Part shown: piece by piece, positions 1 through 9,080 of the stretch
How positions within the stretch are numbered: position 1 is the stretch's first letter
Layout: every line of letters starts with the position of its first letter
Source of the DNA: a virus
Lineage: Duplodnaviria; Caudoviricetes
Virus record (IMG/VR): IMGVR_UViG_3300021255_001723
Coordinates: 6,576 to 70,575 of that record
Direction: 5' to 3' (one strand)
Length of the DNA: 64,000 bases
The notes under the pieces: model-generated
Database searches by the model: none
Seen by the model: only the letters and a program-made list of their open reading frames with translations
What the model was told of the DNA's origin: nothing
Position numbers and translations under genes: made by a program

Positions 1-2
1 CG

Positions 3-518
3 ATGGAATTGCTTATCAAAATGCAGGAACAGCTCTCTGAACTGAAGGAACGGCTCGATGCTCGGGACAACTCGGCTGACAAGAAACCGACAAAGAAGAA
101 GCAGGTCAATCCTCTCATCACGAAAGGTAGGGAGATATTTGAGAAGCGGTACGCTGATATGTTTGACGGAGGTTCGTATTACTGGCAAGCAAAGGATGCG
201 GCAGCAATGGACGCACTCACGAAGAAGATTATTTTCTCACGGAAGCAGAAGGGTATGAGTATAGAGGAAGAGGACGTGCTGCAGGCATTGACGCTTTTCC
301 TCAACTCCATAACTGACCCGTGGCTGCTGAAGAACTTCAGCGTGACAAGTATAAACGGAAAGTATAACGAGATTGTCGCTCAGGCAAAGGCGGCATTCGC
401 AAATGGAACATACAATGGAGTTAATAAGTCTAACAAGGAGGCTCGAGCAAAAGACGCAGCCGACATTATCGCCCGTCTTGCAGCGCAAGAAGGAAGCAAT
501 GATAACCCGATACGGTGA
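3..518 (+). CDS. C-terminal part of probable replication initiator/replisome organizer (may be 5'-truncated by the window edge)
   Basis: Open from the window edge; position upstream of a DUF6633-like gene is typical of the Bacteroidales prophage replication module. No diagnostic motif seen. Confidence 0.45.
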   Translation: MELLIKMQEQLSELKERLDARDNSADKKPTKKKQVNPLITKGREIFEKRYADMFDGGSYYWQAKDAAAMDALTKKIIFSRKQKGMSIEEEDVLQALTLFLNSITDPWLLKNFSVTSINGKYNEIVAQAKAAFANGTYNGVNKSNKEARAKDAADIIARLAAQEGSNDNPIR

Positions 519-1227
519 CAGGACGAGTTTCATGACGCTGTTCAATCCTGACCTGCAAATGAAAATCTGCAGGGATGACCAACTGTGTTTCTTCGGTGAT
601 GCACCGATATTGTCGGAAATAAATATGGCGTATGGAGAAATGACATCTACGATGTGGCTGATTCCTCAACTCTACGACCTCTCGGAATATTGCGGAGTAA
701 AGGATAAGCTGGAAGGCAAGTCTCTTGAAGAATGTGCCAGCGTGATAGCCTCAGAGTTCTATTTCCTGAAGGTGTCAGAGCTGATGTTATTCTTCCACAG
801 GTTCAAGTCGGGCAGGTACGGAAAGCTGTACGGATCGGTTGACCCTCTCGCAATCACAACATCGCTTAGGGAATTTCTCAAAGAGCGTGCTCGTGAGATA
901 GAGCGCAGGAAAAGTATGGAGATGGAAGCTGAAGAACGGGAATTGAGGAAGAACGCCATCAGTCGTGATGAGTACATTGCGAAATATGGGAAAGAGGACA
1001 ATATAAAGTCCGCTTCTTTGAAGAGTTTGGTCGATAGGGCGGTGTTGAGAAGTAAAGATACGCCGGCAGTCCTTTCAGAAGAAGATTTGACAAGCATGGC
1101 CAAGGGAATAGTCGAAAACATCTACAATGTTGACAAGGACACGTTGGAGGCATTGAGGGATTCCTTTACGAAGCACAAGAAAGTCACTCCAGAGGAGTAT
1201 CTAAGAACGCATGGCGGTAAAAGTTAA
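499..1227 (+). CDS. DUF6633-like phage replication-module protein
   Basis: Start moved to ATG 499 (MITRYGDR), overlapping the previous stop; sequence PQLYDLSEYCG...ELMLFFHRFKSGRYGKLYGSVDP resembles this family from memory. Confidence 0.55.
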   Translation: MITRYGDRTSFMTLFNPDLQMKICRDDQLCFFGDAPILSEINMAYGEMTSTMWLIPQLYDLSEYCGVKDKLEGKSLEECASVIASEFYFLKVSELMLFFHRFKSGRYGKLYGSVDPLAITTSLREFLKERAREIERRKSMEMEAEERELRKNAISRDEYIAKYGKEDNIKSASLKSLVDRAVLRSKDTPAVLSEEDLTSMAKGIVENIYNVDKDTLEALRDSFTKHKKVTPEEYLRTHGGKS

Positions 1228-1353
1228 ACTATCTGAAAGCCAAGCGGTTAGCTTGAAAATAACTGTCAAAACGTTTGGAAAAAAGCAAAAAAATGATTAC
1301 CTTTGGATATCTTAATAAGAAACATTTTTTTTAACTTAAACGTAAGAGCAATG
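1219..1353 (+). promoter_or_regulatory. Repeated early promoter/leader cassette, copy 1
   Basis: AAAAGTTAAA...TTTGG...AAAAAATGATTACCTTTG...ATAAGAAAC...AAGAGCA-ATG; matches the Bacteroidetes -33 TTTG / -7 TAnnTTTG consensus. Confidence 0.8.
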
Positions 1354-1728
1354 AAGACGATTTCATTTCCGACCCGCAATCAGGTAATTCAGCTGAGTTC
1401 GTGCATAAAGTCAGCCGAAGAGTTTATTAACGCTTATAAGCAATCTCCAGACGAGAAGTTGCTCAAGGAACGCTTGTGCCAGGTAATCGACAAGCGCCCG
1501 AATATCGCATACCTCGACCCAGATGTGCTTTCGTGCTACGACATCGAAGTTGATGATTCTTCATGGGTCGAGTGCGACGAGGAAGAGGAGCAGTACGACC
1601 GTGAGCAACTAAAGGGTATTGTTAACGGGCTCGAGGGCTTTGAGCCGCACCACCTTTCATTCGGCAGCTCTGGCTCAATCCTTCGCACGATTTTCGGCGA
1701 TGCCTACGATGAAGTAAAGCGTTTGTAA
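1351..1728 (+). CDS. hypothetical protein
   Basis: Start reassigned to the ATG in AAGAGCAATGAAG. Confidence 0.75.
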   Translation: MKTISFPTRNQVIQLSSCIKSAEEFINAYKQSPDEKLLKERLCQVIDKRPNIAYLDPDVLSCYDIEVDDSSWVECDEEEEQYDREQLKGIVNGLEGFEPHHLSFGSSGSILRTIFGDAYDEVKRL

Positions 1729-1731
1729 GCC

Positions 1732-2565
1732 ATGAGAGAGAAGGTTTTACACACCACCACTCCAAAGGCAAGAAAAGAGCATACCTGCCAGCTTTGCGGA
1801 AAGCCAATCCGCAAGGGTGACAGGTATCTCAACATTGCCTATAGTCTGGATGGTAAGTTGATGAATAGAAAGACACACTTCGGCTGTTGTGATAAGAAGG
1901 AGCAGCCGAAGCTGTCTGCCGATATGGGAATTCCCACAACGGAAGAAATGTTCAAGCGCAAGATGCATGATGACACACTGGTAATGTTGAAGACGTTCAC
2001 GTTTGAGGAGAATATGAACATTGCTTATGTGCCTATCATCATTACCGAGGTGGCCTGGTACTATGCCATGAAGGTTGTTAAGTATGCTGCCGACAACAGG
2101 ATTCCAGATACGATAAAGCTCAGCAGATCGGTACGTGCCTTGCGAGAGGAGTATCTGAATAATTGCAGGAAGGACCTGAAAGAGAAGCATCTCGAGCAGA
2201 TGAGAAAAGCTGCCGAAGAATTCATTGGCGAGTGCCAGATGGATTTCCTGCTCCTCTTCTATTCGATGAACAATGAGTTGAAGAAGCAATGGCCGGATTA
2301 TCCGCATCTCGACATGAAGACGGATGCTTGCATAGCTATCGTTATCCTTCAGGTGCTGAAGGACCACAATGAGCGTATGGATGAATTGATGTCCGACAGG
2401 CTCGGCAATGATGTTCCATCATACCGCAACCCAATCAATGACAAGTTGAAGGAATACATGAAAGCCTACGCTGCTCCTTGTAAGTTTGAGTTCAGTGGTC
2501 ATGTTGAAACGTCGATGAAGATTATCAGGAAAAAGTTTGGAAAGATAGATTTTAATGTTAAGTAA
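1732..2565 (+). CDS. hypothetical protein with N-terminal Zn-ribbon-like motif
   Basis: KARKEHTCQLCGKPIRKGDRY...HFGC; 277 aa ORF in operon context. Confidence 0.7.
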   Translation: MREKVLHTTTPKARKEHTCQLCGKPIRKGDRYLNIAYSLDGKLMNRKTHFGCCDKKEQPKLSADMGIPTTEEMFKRKMHDDTLVMLKTFTFEENMNIAYVPIIITEVAWYYAMKVVKYAADNRIPDTIKLSRSVRALREEYLNNCRKDLKEKHLEQMRKAAEEFIGECQMDFLLLFYSMNNELKKQWPDYPHLDMKTDACIAIVILQVLKDHNERMDELMSDRLGNDVPSYRNPINDKLKEYMKAYAAPCKFEFSGHVETSMKIIRKKFGKIDFNVK

Positions 2566-2581
2566 CCCAATATTGTGAATT

Positions 2582-2935
2582 ATGGAAATTAATGAGTATC
2601 AGAAATTGGCGCTGGAAACAGCGGTGTACCCGAAAGAGTACAAGACCATCTATCCTGCTCTTGGCATGAACGGAGAGGCAGGCGAGGTCGCAGACAAAGT
2701 GAAGAAAGTTCTCCGTGACTCGGAGATAATCGTGCGTGACCGCAGTGGTGCCGTCATCCTGCCGGACTCTAAGCGTGAGGAACTGGCCAAGGAGGTTGGT
2801 GATGTCCTATGGTATGTTGCCACGATGGCATACGACCTCGGCTATTCTCTTGAGGAGATTGCGGTCATGAACTATCAAAAGCTGAAGTCCAGACAGGAAC
2901 GCCACAAGCTGAACGGAAGCGGAGATAATCGTTGA
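2582..2935 (+). CDS. MazG-like nucleotide pyrophosphohydrolase
   Basis: ALGMNGEAGEVADKVKK and KEVGDVLWY acidic motifs of the MazG/dimeric dUTPase fold. Confidence 0.85.
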   Translation: MEINEYQKLALETAVYPKEYKTIYPALGMNGEAGEVADKVKKVLRDSEIIVRDRSGAVILPDSKREELAKEVGDVLWYVATMAYDLGYSLEEIAVMNYQKLKSRQERHKLNGSGDNR

Positions 2936-2955
2936 ACCCTTAAAAGAATAAAGCT

Positions 2956-3207
2956 ATGAAAGTAATAGTTGAAATCAGCAACAAAGTCCTTACCCTCGTA
3001 TCTGGCATCGTCATGACGCAGGCTGAAACGGAAGAAGAGGAGAGGAAAACGGAGGAGGTTATTGAAAGAATGAAGACCTCCGATGAACCATTCTTTCTCG
3101 ACGTCGATAAGATTGATGATAAGGAAGTGAAGACTCAGCTGCCTCTTGCAGTCGCTATGTTTGCAATCGGTCAAGAATTAGAGAAGAAGTCGGACAATGC
3201 TGGTTAA
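2956..3207 (+). CDS. hypothetical protein
   Basis: ORF in operon, A-rich leader. Confidence 0.65.
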   Translation: MKVIVEISNKVLTLVSGIVMTQAETEEEERKTEEVIERMKTSDEPFFLDVDKIDDKEVKTQLPLAVAMFAIGQELEKKSDNAG

Positions 3208-3355
3208 CCAAAAGGATAGAGGCTTTTGCCTTGAATACATGGAAGAGGAAGACCTTCGCTCTTTGCGCTCTCTCATCAGGTCTGGTGGCCTGGTGGAGAG
3301 CCGCAAGTGGCAGGACGTGAAGAAGGAGATTGATGAACTTTTAAGAGATAAGTGA
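3197..3355 (+). CDS. small hypothetical protein (52 aa, MLVNQKDRGFC...)
   Basis: Read by hand; fills the gap between 3207 and 3357 exactly. Confidence 0.55.
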   Translation: MLVNQKDRGFCLEYMEEEDLRSLRSLIRSGGLVESRKWQDVKKEIDELLRDK

Positions 3356-3356
3356 T

Positions 3357-3569
3357 ATGGAAATACAGAATTTGTCAAGAGCCAATGAACTGGCCAATGA
3401 ACTTAAAGAGTTAAAAATGGCCATCAGACACTTGCAGGGTGGTGGTGTAGTTAAGATTTGCGGAAGTGGTAATTTTGCTGTCGTTCATGATAGGGGCACA
3501 AAAAATAAGATTCTGAAAGTCTTGTTAGAACGTAACGAAGAAATCACGGAAGAAGTAAAAACATTATAG
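3357..3569 (+). CDS. hypothetical protein
   Basis: ORF tightly packed in operon. Confidence 0.6.
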   Translation: MEIQNLSRANELANELKELKMAIRHLQGGGVVKICGSGNFAVVHDRGTKNKILKVLLERNEEITEEVKTL

Positions 3570-3571
3570 CT

Positions 3572-3865
3572 ATGCCGATACGACCAGAGAATAAGAAGCG
3601 TTACCCATCCAACTGGAAGGAGATACGCATAAGCATTCTTGAAAGAGCCCGGAACCATTGTGAGTTCTGCGGACGCGAGAACCATACATGGTTCTTCAAT
3701 GAGAAGACGAAGAAGATGGTTAGGGTGGTGCTGACCGTGGCCCACCTTGACCACACCCCCGAGAACTGCGACCCGTCCAACCTGCGTGCCCTCTGTCAGA
3801 GGTGCCACAACCAGTACGACGCCAAGCACAGAGCAGAAACCAAAAGATTAAACAAGAAAAAATGA
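3572..3865 (+). CDS. HNH endonuclease-like protein
   Basis: CEFC...VAHLDHTPEN...NLRALCQRCH: HNH core with Zn-binding cysteines. Confidence 0.8.
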   Translation: MPIRPENKKRYPSNWKEIRISILERARNHCEFCGRENHTWFFNEKTKKMVRVVLTVAHLDHTPENCDPSNLRALCQRCHNQYDAKHRAETKRLNKKK

Positions 3866-3912
3866 GTTACGGAGATTTGTACATATAACCGGAATGGACG
3901 GGCAGGAATCGC

Positions 3913-4272
3913 GTGAATGGACGCTTCTTGAAGGGACATGTGCCAGCCAACAAAGGCAAGAAATGGAACGAGTTCAAGTCAAAGCGTAGTCAAAAGCGTT
4001 CTGCCAAAGGCTGGTCTAATCTTGACATGTATCGCGTAAGGCCCGCTACAGCAGGTAGGCCAAAGAAGCCGGTTATAGCCTTAACGGATGATGGCGACTT
4101 CATATACTTTCCTTTCGTCGGAGCTGCTGCAAAATGGTGTGGCGGTCTCAGGGAAAACGTTGCCCGTTGTTGCCGTCAAAATGAAACCACGGCTAATACA
4201 GACCATAAGTATTTGGGTTATCGGTTTTACTTTGAGGAAGGTAGTGTTTGGTTAGACAAAATCAAGAAATAA
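3913..4272 (+). CDS. hypothetical protein with NUMOD-like DNA-binding motifs
   Basis: GRFLKGHVPANKGK and AAAKWCGG...NVARCC motifs. Confidence 0.5.
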   Translation: MNGRFLKGHVPANKGKKWNEFKSKRSQKRSAKGWSNLDMYRVRPATAGRPKKPVIALTDDGDFIYFPFVGAAAKWCGGLRENVARCCRQNETTANTDHKYLGYRFYFEEGSVWLDKIKK

Positions 4273-4276
4273 AGAT

Positions 4277-4582
4277 ATGATTAAGAAGCAGTACAAATAT
4301 AAGCGCGAGCACTTTGATACCCAGCAGGAGTACGAACGTTTCAAGGCTCGGATGAACAAGGCTCGGATGAACAAGGCTCAGAAGCGATGGCTTGAAAAGT
4401 CCGAGTCAGCAAGTCCCGAGAAGCGCGAATGGAGGTTGCTTCGCCAGCGTCTCTACTCGCGCTACTACTGGCATTCCGATGGCCGACAGACTTTCGCAGA
4501 ATGGCTTGTTATAGAGTATGACATAGCAGACATCAAGGCTCTTTCATTGGACGAATTGAGGCAAAAAGTGAGTAAAAGTTAA
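4277..4582 (+). CDS. hypothetical basic protein
   Basis: ORF; ends KS-stop inside the cassette box AAAAGTTAA. Confidence 0.65.
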   Translation: MIKKQYKYKREHFDTQQEYERFKARMNKARMNKAQKRWLEKSESASPEKREWRLLRQRLYSRYYWHSDGRQTFAEWLVIEYDIADIKALSLDELRQKVSKS

Positions 4583-4699
4583 ATCTTTGTTTATCAGTGG
4601 TTTACGCTGAAAATAATGCCCGAAAAATTTGGAAAATTGTCAAAAAATGACTACCTTTACATACAAATATAAGAAACCTTTTAAAGAAGAAGAGCAATG
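4574..4699 (+). promoter_or_regulatory. Repeated early promoter/leader cassette, copy 2
   Basis: AAAAGTTAAA...TTTGGAAAATTGTCAAAAAATGACTACCTTTACATACAAATATAAGAAAC...AAGAGCA-ATG. Confidence 0.8.
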
Positions 4700-5077
4700 G
4701 ATAAGAAACAAGAAATCGAGATTTTGCAGTCCCTAAAGGGTGACACGTACTTCGCAGACTTTTTCGGAAGTCACGACATCGACCAGATGTGCGAGAACAT
4801 CAAGAATGACTTCGGGCTGGAATACTGCTGCCAGTTCTATCAGAAGGCTTCCATCTTCGAGCAGCAGGTCCAGGAAGAGAAGAAGAAAGTCGTTGAGTTT
4901 AAGCAGAACTTTGTTAAAGGTCTGATAGAGGACTTTGATGGCGAAATCCCAAATCAAATGTATGATAGACTGGTTGACGCAGTAGGTCGGATATTCATCA
5001 TCAAATTCAAGTATAAAAGAAACTATCCGCTGACTGCAGCCGATATAGACTGGCTCATACAGGAGGCCAGCAAGTAA
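4697..5077 (+). CDS. hypothetical protein
   Basis: ATG in the AAGAGCAATG motif. Confidence 0.75.
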   Translation: MDKKQEIEILQSLKGDTYFADFFGSHDIDQMCENIKNDFGLEYCCQFYQKASIFEQQVQEEKKKVVEFKQNFVKGLIEDFDGEIPNQMYDRLVDAVGRIFIIKFKYKRNYPLTAADIDWLIQEASK

Positions 5078-5092
5078 GAAGTTATAGGTAAC

Positions 5093-5113
5093 GGGAGGGG
5101 TAACCGCCCTCCC
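5093..5113 (+). other. GC-rich hairpin GGGAGGG-N7-CCCTCCC
   Basis: 7-bp inverted repeat in the intergenic region; no U-tract. Confidence 0.6.
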
Positions 5114-5133
5114 ACAAAAGAGCAATAAGAAAC

Positions 5134-5709
5134 ATGAAAGACTTAGAAAAATTGAAGAGCGAATTTGAAAGAAAGTACAAGCTCGCTGAAATCGAGAATC
5201 AGATGGAAGTCAAGTTTGGTTGCGAATTTATGGCACTGGAACGCTTTAAAGTGCAGGGTTCTCGCATAATAGCAAAGACGGAGGATTTGCACATCGCAGC
5301 TGCAATTCTGAAAGAGTACCCTGCTGATGAAGAGCAGTCACTCAACTCATCCGCAAGAGACCCGAAGGGAACGGTGTTCGGTTTGTATCACGTAAGGGCT
5401 GAACGAGGTTTCCGTGACACCTACACGAAGTTGAAAATTTCGTGGCTACACAAAGGTAACGAGTTCGAGTTTAATCTGAAGATTGATGGAAATGAGATTC
5501 TCGAGCAGTTCTTTGTCAACGACCAGCGCAAGATGACAAGTATAGAGTGTGAGACGTACAAACCGATGAGACGTGGCCACATTGTGAGAGACATGGACTT
5601 GCCTATCAAGCGTTTCCTCTGCAATCAGATAGCATATCAGGGAGGTTATCGGTCAGCTACCGAGCCGGAGAGAATCATGGATATCGTTAACGCAATCAAG
5701 GAGGCATGA
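5134..5709 (+). CDS. hypothetical protein
   Basis: 191 aa ORF preceded by AAGAGCAATAAGAAAC. Confidence 0.7.
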   Translation: MKDLEKLKSEFERKYKLAEIENQMEVKFGCEFMALERFKVQGSRIIAKTEDLHIAAAILKEYPADEEQSLNSSARDPKGTVFGLYHVRAERGFRDTYTKLKISWLHKGNEFEFNLKIDGNEILEQFFVNDQRKMTSIECETYKPMRRGHIVRDMDLPIKRFLCNQIAYQGGYRSATEPERIMDIVNAIKEA

Positions 5710-6005
5710 TTATGGCAAAGGTAAGAACAATCCAAGTGAAGAACGTAGGCAATGTTTACACGGCATTCGTCTATCGTGGTTACTACTGCATCAAGGGCGG
5801 TGAGAGAGCATTTCACACCCCGAATATCCTGCGCAACAATAGCTGTGTTGACGACATCGTAGAGGATGATGAGTTTAATATGGCTCACGATCGCTTCGAT
5901 ACTCCAGAGTTTTTCAAGGAGGTCGTTGACGAGCATATCGAATATGCGGAAAGGTCTCACGGCTCACTACGAAAGTATCTAAGGGCTATGATGGGAGATT
6001 TTTGA
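5706..6005 (+). CDS. hypothetical protein
   Basis: ATGA overlap with the upstream gene. Confidence 0.65.
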   Translation: MIMAKVRTIQVKNVGNVYTAFVYRGYYCIKGGERAFHTPNILRNNSCVDDIVEDDEFNMAHDRFDTPEFFKEVVDEHIEYAERSHGSLRKYLRAMMGDF

Positions 6006-6035
6006 ATTAGTATTCACCATAAAAGTAATTGAAGT

Positions 6036-6695
6036 ATGGAATTTTTCAAGACGATTGCAGATTTCCTGCAGGACGGCCAGCAACTTCAGATGGCCATCAG
6101 AAAGAGCGGCGAAAGCATTGCCGTTAGTATCATGCCCGACAATCGGGGTGTCAAGGATAAGGCCGTGGAGAACATCACTCCGTTGGTCATGAGCGGCACT
6201 CCCGAAGACTTCGAGGAGGGCTTCAAAGACGCTCTGAAGCCGCTGGCACAGGCACAGGGCTTAGTGTCTAACATCAAGGAGTTCGAGGAGAGCACAGAGA
6301 AAGCCAAGCGCGAGTCCGAAATGGCAAAGAAGCTGAAGGATGAAGCAGCCAAGCAGAAGAAGGAGTTCAACGACCTCATCGCCCTTGCTCGGAAGAACAA
6401 CGATGAGCACAAGTTCAAGGATGCTCGTGCCGTACTGGCCAAGGCTTCTGCTCTCCCATCGGCTGAGAAGGCCATCATCGACAAAGTGAGCAGGGAAATC
6501 GATGCTAAGAGCGGTGTCGGTAACATGTTCGGAGGCGAGGAAGATTTGTCGGACGGCAAGAACCTCACTCCTGGAGCAAAGCCTGCTGCTCCTACACCTG
6601 CCCCCAAGAAGGAGGAAGATGCGACGGCAGCTGCTTTCAAGAAAGCTATGGAATTAGAAGACAATGATGATAACGAAAACGAAGAGGAGGAGTAG
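6036..6695 (+). CDS. PRTRC system protein E
   Basis: N-terminal ...IAVSIMP...ITPLVMSGTPEDFEEGF domain followed by a low-complexity tail; cassette context. Confidence 0.8.
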   Translation: MEFFKTIADFLQDGQQLQMAIRKSGESIAVSIMPDNRGVKDKAVENITPLVMSGTPEDFEEGFKDALKPLAQAQGLVSNIKEFEESTEKAKRESEMAKKLKDEAAKQKKEFNDLIALARKNNDEHKFKDARAVLAKASALPSAEKAIIDKVSREIDAKSGVGNMFGGEEDLSDGKNLTPGAKPAAPTPAPKKEEDATAAAFKKAMELEDNDDNENEEEE

Positions 6696-6698
6696 GAT

Positions 6699-6911
6699 AT
6701 GGCACTTAACGTAACAGGAATGAAGCGTGTGTTCAAGTTCGGAACACGAGAGTTGGAAGACCCCGACAAGAACATGTCGCCTGACGAGGTGATGCAGTTC
6801 TATTCTGCCACCTATCCAGAGTTGACTACGAGTAACGTGCATGGCCCGAAGGTCGATGACAAGCAACGAGCGGTGTACGAGTTTAAGACAACGGTAGGAA
6901 CGAAAGGATGA
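6699..6911 (+). CDS. PRTRC system protein C (ubiquitin-like)
   Basis: RVFKF...LEDPD...SPDEVMQFYSATYPELTTS...YEFKTTVGTKG with C-terminal Gly. Confidence 0.9.
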   Translation: MALNVTGMKRVFKFGTRELEDPDKNMSPDEVMQFYSATYPELTTSNVHGPKVDDKQRAVYEFKTTVGTKG

Positions 6912-6918
6912 GTAAGTC

Positions 6919-8121
6919 ATGCAAATCCAAAGAGCGACGAGAGTTCCACAAGGCTTTGTATTCCATCTTGGAAAACGACCAAAGGCAGGGATATCAGGCA
7001 AGGGACGAGGAGCGGCAACCGCTGCTCCCGCCCTCTGCGCCCCTGCTTTTCTGACAACCAAGATTGAGTCGATACGACCTTCAGACGAAGATGCAGCAAG
7101 CAGGTTTGGCATTAACATCGGCAAGAGTTATGCTAATGTCCTTGCTTGCTGCAAGCGTTTTCTGAAAATCGCAAAACAGGATTTCGATTTCAAGCCGAAC
7201 GTCGGATTGGCAAAAAGTCAGATGCTCGGAGAATTGATTGACTACTTTGAGTCGAAGATAGAGCCTCTCGGATTGGAACTTGTTGTCAGAAAGAAGAACA
7301 GCCAAGACGAAGAAACTGATGTCTTGCAATGTGTTGTATATAGGCCGGGCTTGGAGTTTGAAGGTACAATCCTTATCCTATATTGCGCCCCTGCTGTGTA
7401 TATGTCTGCAGAAGGTTGTCAGATGTATAAGCGGTTTATGAAGTTTGTCTCTGACAGCATGAACATTCCTCTCGGTGCAGCTGACCATAGTGAGAACTTT
7501 TACCTCGATTGTATCATCAACATGTATGAGTACGAGGACTTCGGCCAGTACGGAGAAGATGAAGAGTTAGTGGTGAGGAACCATATTCTTGACAAGTATA
7601 AGCAGGACGGAGAGTTTTGGAATCTCTTCGATGAAATCAACTCGCTCCCTAAAGAAAGGCCGGAGGATTTGTATGAAGCTTTGGAGGAATACCGACATCA
7701 ATGCCCGATAGACGAAACCGAAATCGTGGAAGCTATGATGGAAGGTATCGACATTGTGAAGGATGCAAACTGCTATTGGTTTGAATTCAACCCAGACGAT
7801 GATGGTATGGAAGATGAGTATGGCAACTATGGTAGTGAGGGCTACGCAAGTAGTGTATTCGCTTCGGCCATCCTCTTTTCGGAGAATGACGGTATTACCG
7901 AAGCTATGCTTGACATGATAAATAACGAAGCTGATTCAGGTATGATGATTACAGGCTGGAATATTCATCAATGGCTGTCGCCAAAGATGAAGAAGGCTGA
8001 CATTCTCGAGTTTTTAAGATGCAAGGATTTGATTGCATCACTTAGCGAGTGGACGAATACATTGTACCGAGCAGTTGAAAAATTTGACTTATATGGCAAA
8101 TCTGAGCAAGATACTGAATGA
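6919..8121 (+). CDS. PRTRC protein F-like acidic protein
   Basis: Assigned by position between C and B in the cassette; no motif recognised. Confidence 0.45.
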   Translation: MQIQRATRVPQGFVFHLGKRPKAGISGKGRGAATAAPALCAPAFLTTKIESIRPSDEDAASRFGINIGKSYANVLACCKRFLKIAKQDFDFKPNVGLAKSQMLGELIDYFESKIEPLGLELVVRKKNSQDEETDVLQCVVYRPGLEFEGTILILYCAPAVYMSAEGCQMYKRFMKFVSDSMNIPLGAADHSENFYLDCIINMYEYEDFGQYGEDEELVVRNHILDKYKQDGEFWNLFDEINSLPKERPEDLYEALEEYRHQCPIDETEIVEAMMEGIDIVKDANCYWFEFNPDDDGMEDEYGNYGSEGYASSVFASAILFSENDGITEAMLDMINNEADSGMMITGWNIHQWLSPKMKKADILEFLRCKDLIASLSEWTNTLYRAVEKFDLYGKSEQDTE

Positions 8122-8791
8122 GAAGCTGGAGGCTACTGATGCGCTGGTATTTTATAAGAGCAACCTTAATGATGGTGCGTATGTAGAACATCGGTCAATC
8201 AGGAACGGAGCCATGTGCGCTGGCAGGCCTCTTGAAATAGACGTCATAGCAAAGTTGCTGAAGACGGTTGATAAGTATGCGCACGGAACCACGTCGATGG
8301 TCTCTCTTCACGGAGAGATACCTGAGAATTTGTTGTACGCCAGTACGAGTATCGACTCCTATAAGCTGGTTTGGTACAGGAAGCCGGAGAAGAGAATGTT
8401 TTATTTCTCGGAAAATCTCGGCATTCCCAACGGAGAGGTGTTAGTTCCTGGTCTTGTCTATGTGACGGACGGTAGAACATTATCGATGTATGCCTTCAAA
8501 GGCCAGAAGCCGAAGAGGCTGTTATATCAGGCACCCTTCTTTAATACTAACACTAACGTTTGCCTTGGTAGCGGAAAGTTGCCGAAGCCAAAGGATCAGA
8601 CCTACGCAAACTGGATGGGATATTGGGAAGAGTTGTTTTGGAGAACGGAGTTTTCACACCTTATGGGCGGCAATCCTGTGAAGGGCAACCTATCCATCAT
8701 AATGAAGGAGTGCATAAGCGGTCACAAGCCGTTTCCATTGAGTTCTCTGATAGCTATAAAGACAACCCTCCAATCACTATATAAGAAGTAG
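8093..8791 (+). CDS. PRTRC system protein B (prokaryotic E2 family D)
   Basis: LVWYRKP...VPGLVY...LYQAPFFNTNTNVCLG...WEELFWRTEFSH; start moved to ATG 8093. Confidence 0.85.
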   Translation: MANLSKILNEKLEATDALVFYKSNLNDGAYVEHRSIRNGAMCAGRPLEIDVIAKLLKTVDKYAHGTTSMVSLHGEIPENLLYASTSIDSYKLVWYRKPEKRMFYFSENLGIPNGEVLVPGLVYVTDGRTLSMYAFKGQKPKRLLYQAPFFNTNTNVCLGSGKLPKPKDQTYANWMGYWEELFWRTEFSHLMGGNPVKGNLSIIMKECISGHKPFPLSSLIAIKTTLQSLYKK

Positions 8792-8798
8792 AAGAACC

Positions 8799-9080
8799 AT
8801 GAGTAAAAAAACAATAGAACATGCTGCCAGTGTTCTGAAAGAAATCAAGGCAGAAGTAAACGAAGGTGTCATCAAGGACTACGAGATGCCGACTTTGTGT
8901 AATATGGAAACGGCACGCGATACAGGCTTTGCCGTTATCCTGACACTTAGCACCAAGTATGACTACACAAGCGCAGTGATCGACGACTGGCGCAAGCGAT
9001 TGGAGGCTGACGACTACATGATTAGCGTGAAGCGAAACCAACTTAGAATAAGATTTAACGTAATGTATAGCAAGAAATGA
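8799..9080 (+). CDS. hypothetical protein inside the PRTRC cassette
   Basis: ORF coupled by ATGA overlap to the ThiF gene. Confidence 0.7.
   Translation: MSKKTIEHAASVLKEIKAEVNEGVIKDYEMPTLCNMETARDTGFAVILTLSTKYDYTSAVIDDWRKRLEADDYMISVKRNQLRIRFNVMYSKK

Noticed and set aside
4342-4379. 15-bp tandem duplication (CAAGGCTCGGATGAA, about 2.5 copies)
   Set aside because: In-frame slippage duplication (KARMN) with no sign of wider function.
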